Assembly (NCBI GenBank): GCA_965224485.1 | Contig: CBDCZH010000015.1 | Coordinates: forward strand, 320,001 to 384,000 | Source: Arcobacteraceae bacterium | GTDB lineage: Bacteria; Campylobacterota; Campylobacteria; Campylobacterales; Arcobacteraceae | Direction: 5' to 3' | Length of the DNA stretch: 64,000 nucleotides | In this document: in pieces, positions 61,527-64,000 of the stretch | Position numbering within the stretch: the stretch's first letter is position 1 | Layout: each line of letters starts with the position of its first letter | The notes under the pieces: generated by a model | Databases searched by the model: none | What the model was told of the DNA's origin: nothing | The model's input: only the letters and a program-made list of their open reading frames with translations | Translations under genes and position numbers: made by a program

Positions 61527-62688
61527 TTTTCTTCTTCGTATGTTTAAATGATATAAAAAATAGTATTACAAAAGCAAAAGAGACAAAGATAAAAGGAAGA
61601 GTTGGACTAAATTGATAAAGAGTTGTACTTACAATTGGACCAAGAACTATACCCATTCCTTGTGCTGCTGATACTGTTCCAGAAGCTGCTCCTTGCTCAT
61701 GTTTTGTTACTAAATTTACTGCTAAGGTTTGAAAAGCAGGAAAAATCATTCCCATACCAAAAGTACCTATACTAAAACCTAAAATTAAAACCAGTTCTTG
61801 GTTTGTAAAAATAACAATCAAATATCCAAATGCTGAAATTAAAGAACCTATTTTAAGTAAAGAATATGGATCTATTTTAATTTTTGAAATAATAACTTGA
61901 GAAAGAATAAAAGCAACACCAACACAAGATAAAGCAAAACCTGTAGTTTTTGCACCTTGTATTAAATCAAGGTTTAATTTATCAATAATAAAAAACCCTA
62001 TACAAACTTGAGAGGTTACTACTCCAAACATTACTATAAAAGCTGCAATCATGGGGAGTCTTAATCGTTTATCAAATACTTTTGGTGCAACAACACTATC
62101 TTTTACTAAAACTTTTTCACTAGGTAAAGAATAAAAAAGTATTACGGTCGCAAGAAGAGGAAGAATTGCAAAGGTATAAAGAGGAACAGATAAACCATAA
62201 GAAGCTAAAAAACCACCAATACTAGGACCTATAATCATAGCAATACCACTTGTAGCTGCTAGTTTTGCTATATAAGTTGTTCTTTTTTCTTCTTCAATAT
62301 GATCTGCTATTAAAGCATTTGAAACAGGAGTAATAGCTGAATAAAAAGCACCTATTGCACCTCTTGTTACTAATAAAACTGCTAAAGATATAAAAATAGC
62401 AGGTGGAGTAACAATAGCATAATCAACAAATATTGCTAGTATTAAATATGCTACAGCAACACCAGCAACACCTATTATTAAAATTGGTTTCCTTCCAACT
62501 ATATCACTTTTTCTACCCCAATATCTTGATAAGAGAACCCATAAAACTCCTCCTAATGAAACAGTTAATCCAGCATGCCACTCTTGCATATTTAATGCTC
62601 TTATAATTGGACCAACTACTGCTAAAAATGCCATCATTGCAGAAACACATAAAACATTTACAAGCATTAAAACTTTTATTTCTTTCAT
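61519..62688 (-). CDS. MFS transporter (DHA1/TetA-like)
   Basis: WGRKSDIVGRKP motif A; GPSIGG motif C. Confidence 0.85.
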   Translation of the reverse strand: MKEIKVLMLVNVLCVSAMMAFLAVVGPIIRALNMQEWHAGLTVSLGGVLWVLLSRYWGRKSDIVGRKPILIIGVAGVAVAYLILAIFVDYAIVTPPAIFISLAVLLVTRGAIGAFYSAITPVSNALIADHIEEEKRTTYIAKLAATSGIAMIIGPSIGGFLASYGLSVPLYTFAILPLLATVILFYSLPSEKVLVKDSVVAPKVFDKRLRLPMIAAFIVMFGVVTSQVCIGFFIIDKLNLDLIQGAKTTGFALSCVGVAFILSQVIISKIKIDPYSLLKIGSLISAFGYLIVIFTNQELVLILGFSIGTFGMGMIFPAFQTLAVNLVTKHEQGAASGTVSAAQGMGIVLGPIVSTTLYQFSPTLPFIFVSFAFVILFFISFKHTKKKSD

Positions 62689-62697
62689 TTTTTTACC

Positions 62698-63960
62698 TTA
62701 ATATTGAATATTTATTTTAGCACTAACATTTTTTTCATCACTAGAAGTATTATTTACTTCTGAACTAAGAATTGAAGTTAAGTTAAGAGATGAATAAAGA
62801 GCTAATAAGCCTATAACTGAACCTATTACAATCATAGTTGGGTATCCAAAGATTCCCGCAAAAGATACAGCTAGTCCACTAGCTACAATTCCTGAAAACA
62901 TATAAATACTATGTTGCATAGCAAACTGTGAAGCTGGAAATTCTGATGAAACCTCATCCATCATAAGAGTTGTCATTACAACAGAAGAAGGAGAATAAAA
63001 GCTAAAGATAAAGCCAACTACTAACATGGCGATAAAGCTGCTATTGTACTCACTTTGCAACATAAAGAGAAGTAAAATTCCTATGATTTGTCCTAATGAA
63101 GATATAATCAAAATATTTTTTCTCCCATATTTACTAATAAACCAAGATGCTAAGAAAGCTGATAATACCCCTATTCCAAAACCTACAATATGAACAGCAA
63201 AACCAATTTTGTCTAAACTCCACTCTTCATCAACTAATATTGGAGTAATTAAACCATACGCCATGCTTATTGTCAAAGGATATACAAGAAGTAATAAAAG
63301 CCATTTTTTTCTTTTCTCACCTTTCCAAAAATCTAAATATTGTTTATAATTTATTTTATTTTTATCTTTAGATCTTTTTGTCTTTTCTTCTTTATAAATA
63401 ATTATTTGAAGTAAAGATATAGAAGTTGCAATAGCTAAAGCAATCATAGTATAAGCCCAACCATAAGAGGAATAAATAATCAATCCAACCCCACTACCTA
63501 GTACCATTCCAACCATACCACCTGCTGATTTCATTGCATTTGCACTTGGTCTTTGTGAGGAAGAAACACTTTTATAAACTAAAGCATCTACTGCTATACT
63601 CTGAGAGGCTGATAAAAAAGCAAATATTACACTTAAACTTATTACCATTTCAAGATTTGCAAATAAATCAAATAAAGAGCTTAGAAATAATACTAAGACC
63701 ATTAATGCTTGAAATATTATAATCCAAGCCTTATAATGCCCAAATCTTTTAAATTCAATTCTATCTATAAAAGGTGCCCATAAAAATTTTAGTACCCAAA
63801 ATAGACCTAAAAAATATACAAAACCTAGATTTTCTAAAGGCATTCCATTTCTTCTCAAAATGGCAATAAGTGCTTCTGTAAAAAAAGCCAATCCTAAAAA
63901 CTGTGTTGTATAAAGTGAAAATAATAAAGCAGTATGTTGTTTTGTAAGTTTTTTTCTCAT
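62698..63960 (-). CDS. MFS permease (AmpG/RhtX/FptX siderophore-uptake-like)
   Basis: LYTTQ, WVLKFLWAPFIDR, ASQSIAVDAL. Confidence 0.85.
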   Translation of the reverse strand: MRKKLTKQHTALLFSLYTTQFLGLAFFTEALIAILRRNGMPLENLGFVYFLGLFWVLKFLWAPFIDRIEFKRFGHYKAWIIIFQALMVLVLFLSSLFDLFANLEMVISLSVIFAFLSASQSIAVDALVYKSVSSSQRPSANAMKSAGGMVGMVLGSGVGLIIYSSYGWAYTMIALAIATSISLLQIIIYKEEKTKRSKDKNKINYKQYLDFWKGEKRKKWLLLLLVYPLTISMAYGLITPILVDEEWSLDKIGFAVHIVGFGIGVLSAFLASWFISKYGRKNILIISSLGQIIGILLLFMLQSEYNSSFIAMLVVGFIFSFYSPSSVVMTTLMMDEVSSEFPASQFAMQHSIYMFSGIVASGLAVSFAGIFGYPTMIVIGSVIGLLALYSSLNLTSILSSEVNNTSSDEKNVSAKINIQY

Positions 63961-64000
63961 TTATAAATTCCACTGTTTTATTCTATTTTGAGCTTGAGTC
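63961..64000 (-). CDS. C-terminal end of an upstream gene (partial)
   Basis: ...TQAQNRIKQWNL* ends immediately before the MFS ATG; too short to assign. Confidence 0.4.
   Translation of the reverse strand, partial: TQAQNRIKQWNL

Noticed and set aside
61..63973. Short ORFs overlapping real genes (e.g. 61-384, 2870-3145, 3876-4109, 18726-19055, 27001-27237, 43673-43978, 48684-48971, 63761-63973)
   Set aside because: Antisense or out-of-frame shadows of well-supported genes, with no motifs.

Overview
AT-rich bacterial chromosome segment. Gene content and order (ahpC/fdxA divergon, ndk-yceD-rpmF-plsX-fabH, a Cj0069-family gene) point to Campylobacterota, probably Arcobacteraceae; this is an inference. 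There are three parts. (1) Housekeeping blocks: hemC, dnaX, murI, an MCP, metNIQ; then thyA-folA, rho, ahpC, ndk, plsX, fabH, pabB/C, pyrB, argD. (2) A ~10 kb defence island (10.4-20.9 kb) with four intact TA pairs (MNT/HEPN, RelBE, HipBA, MazEF), a Sau3AI-like R-M system with an extra nuclease-like gene, and TA gene remnants. These are interleaved with five copies or fragments of a ~600-nt non-coding element that shows compensatory base changes. One copy has a consensus sigma70 promoter directly upstream. This candidate large structured RNA is the most striking object in the window. (3) A >24 kb iron-acquisition region (39.8-64 kb) with four TonB-dependent receptors, three AraC regulators, FeoAB plus unusual partners, MFS permeases and a methyltransferase. 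Five of its promoters share a Fur-like box and a 21-bp-period direct repeat. Five genes are split by a single extra base in a homopolymer, which is probably sequencing error, although the dnaX case resembles a programmed +1 frameshift. No tRNA, rRNA, CRISPR array, integrase or transposase was recognised. All family assignments come from motif recognition by eye, not database searches.
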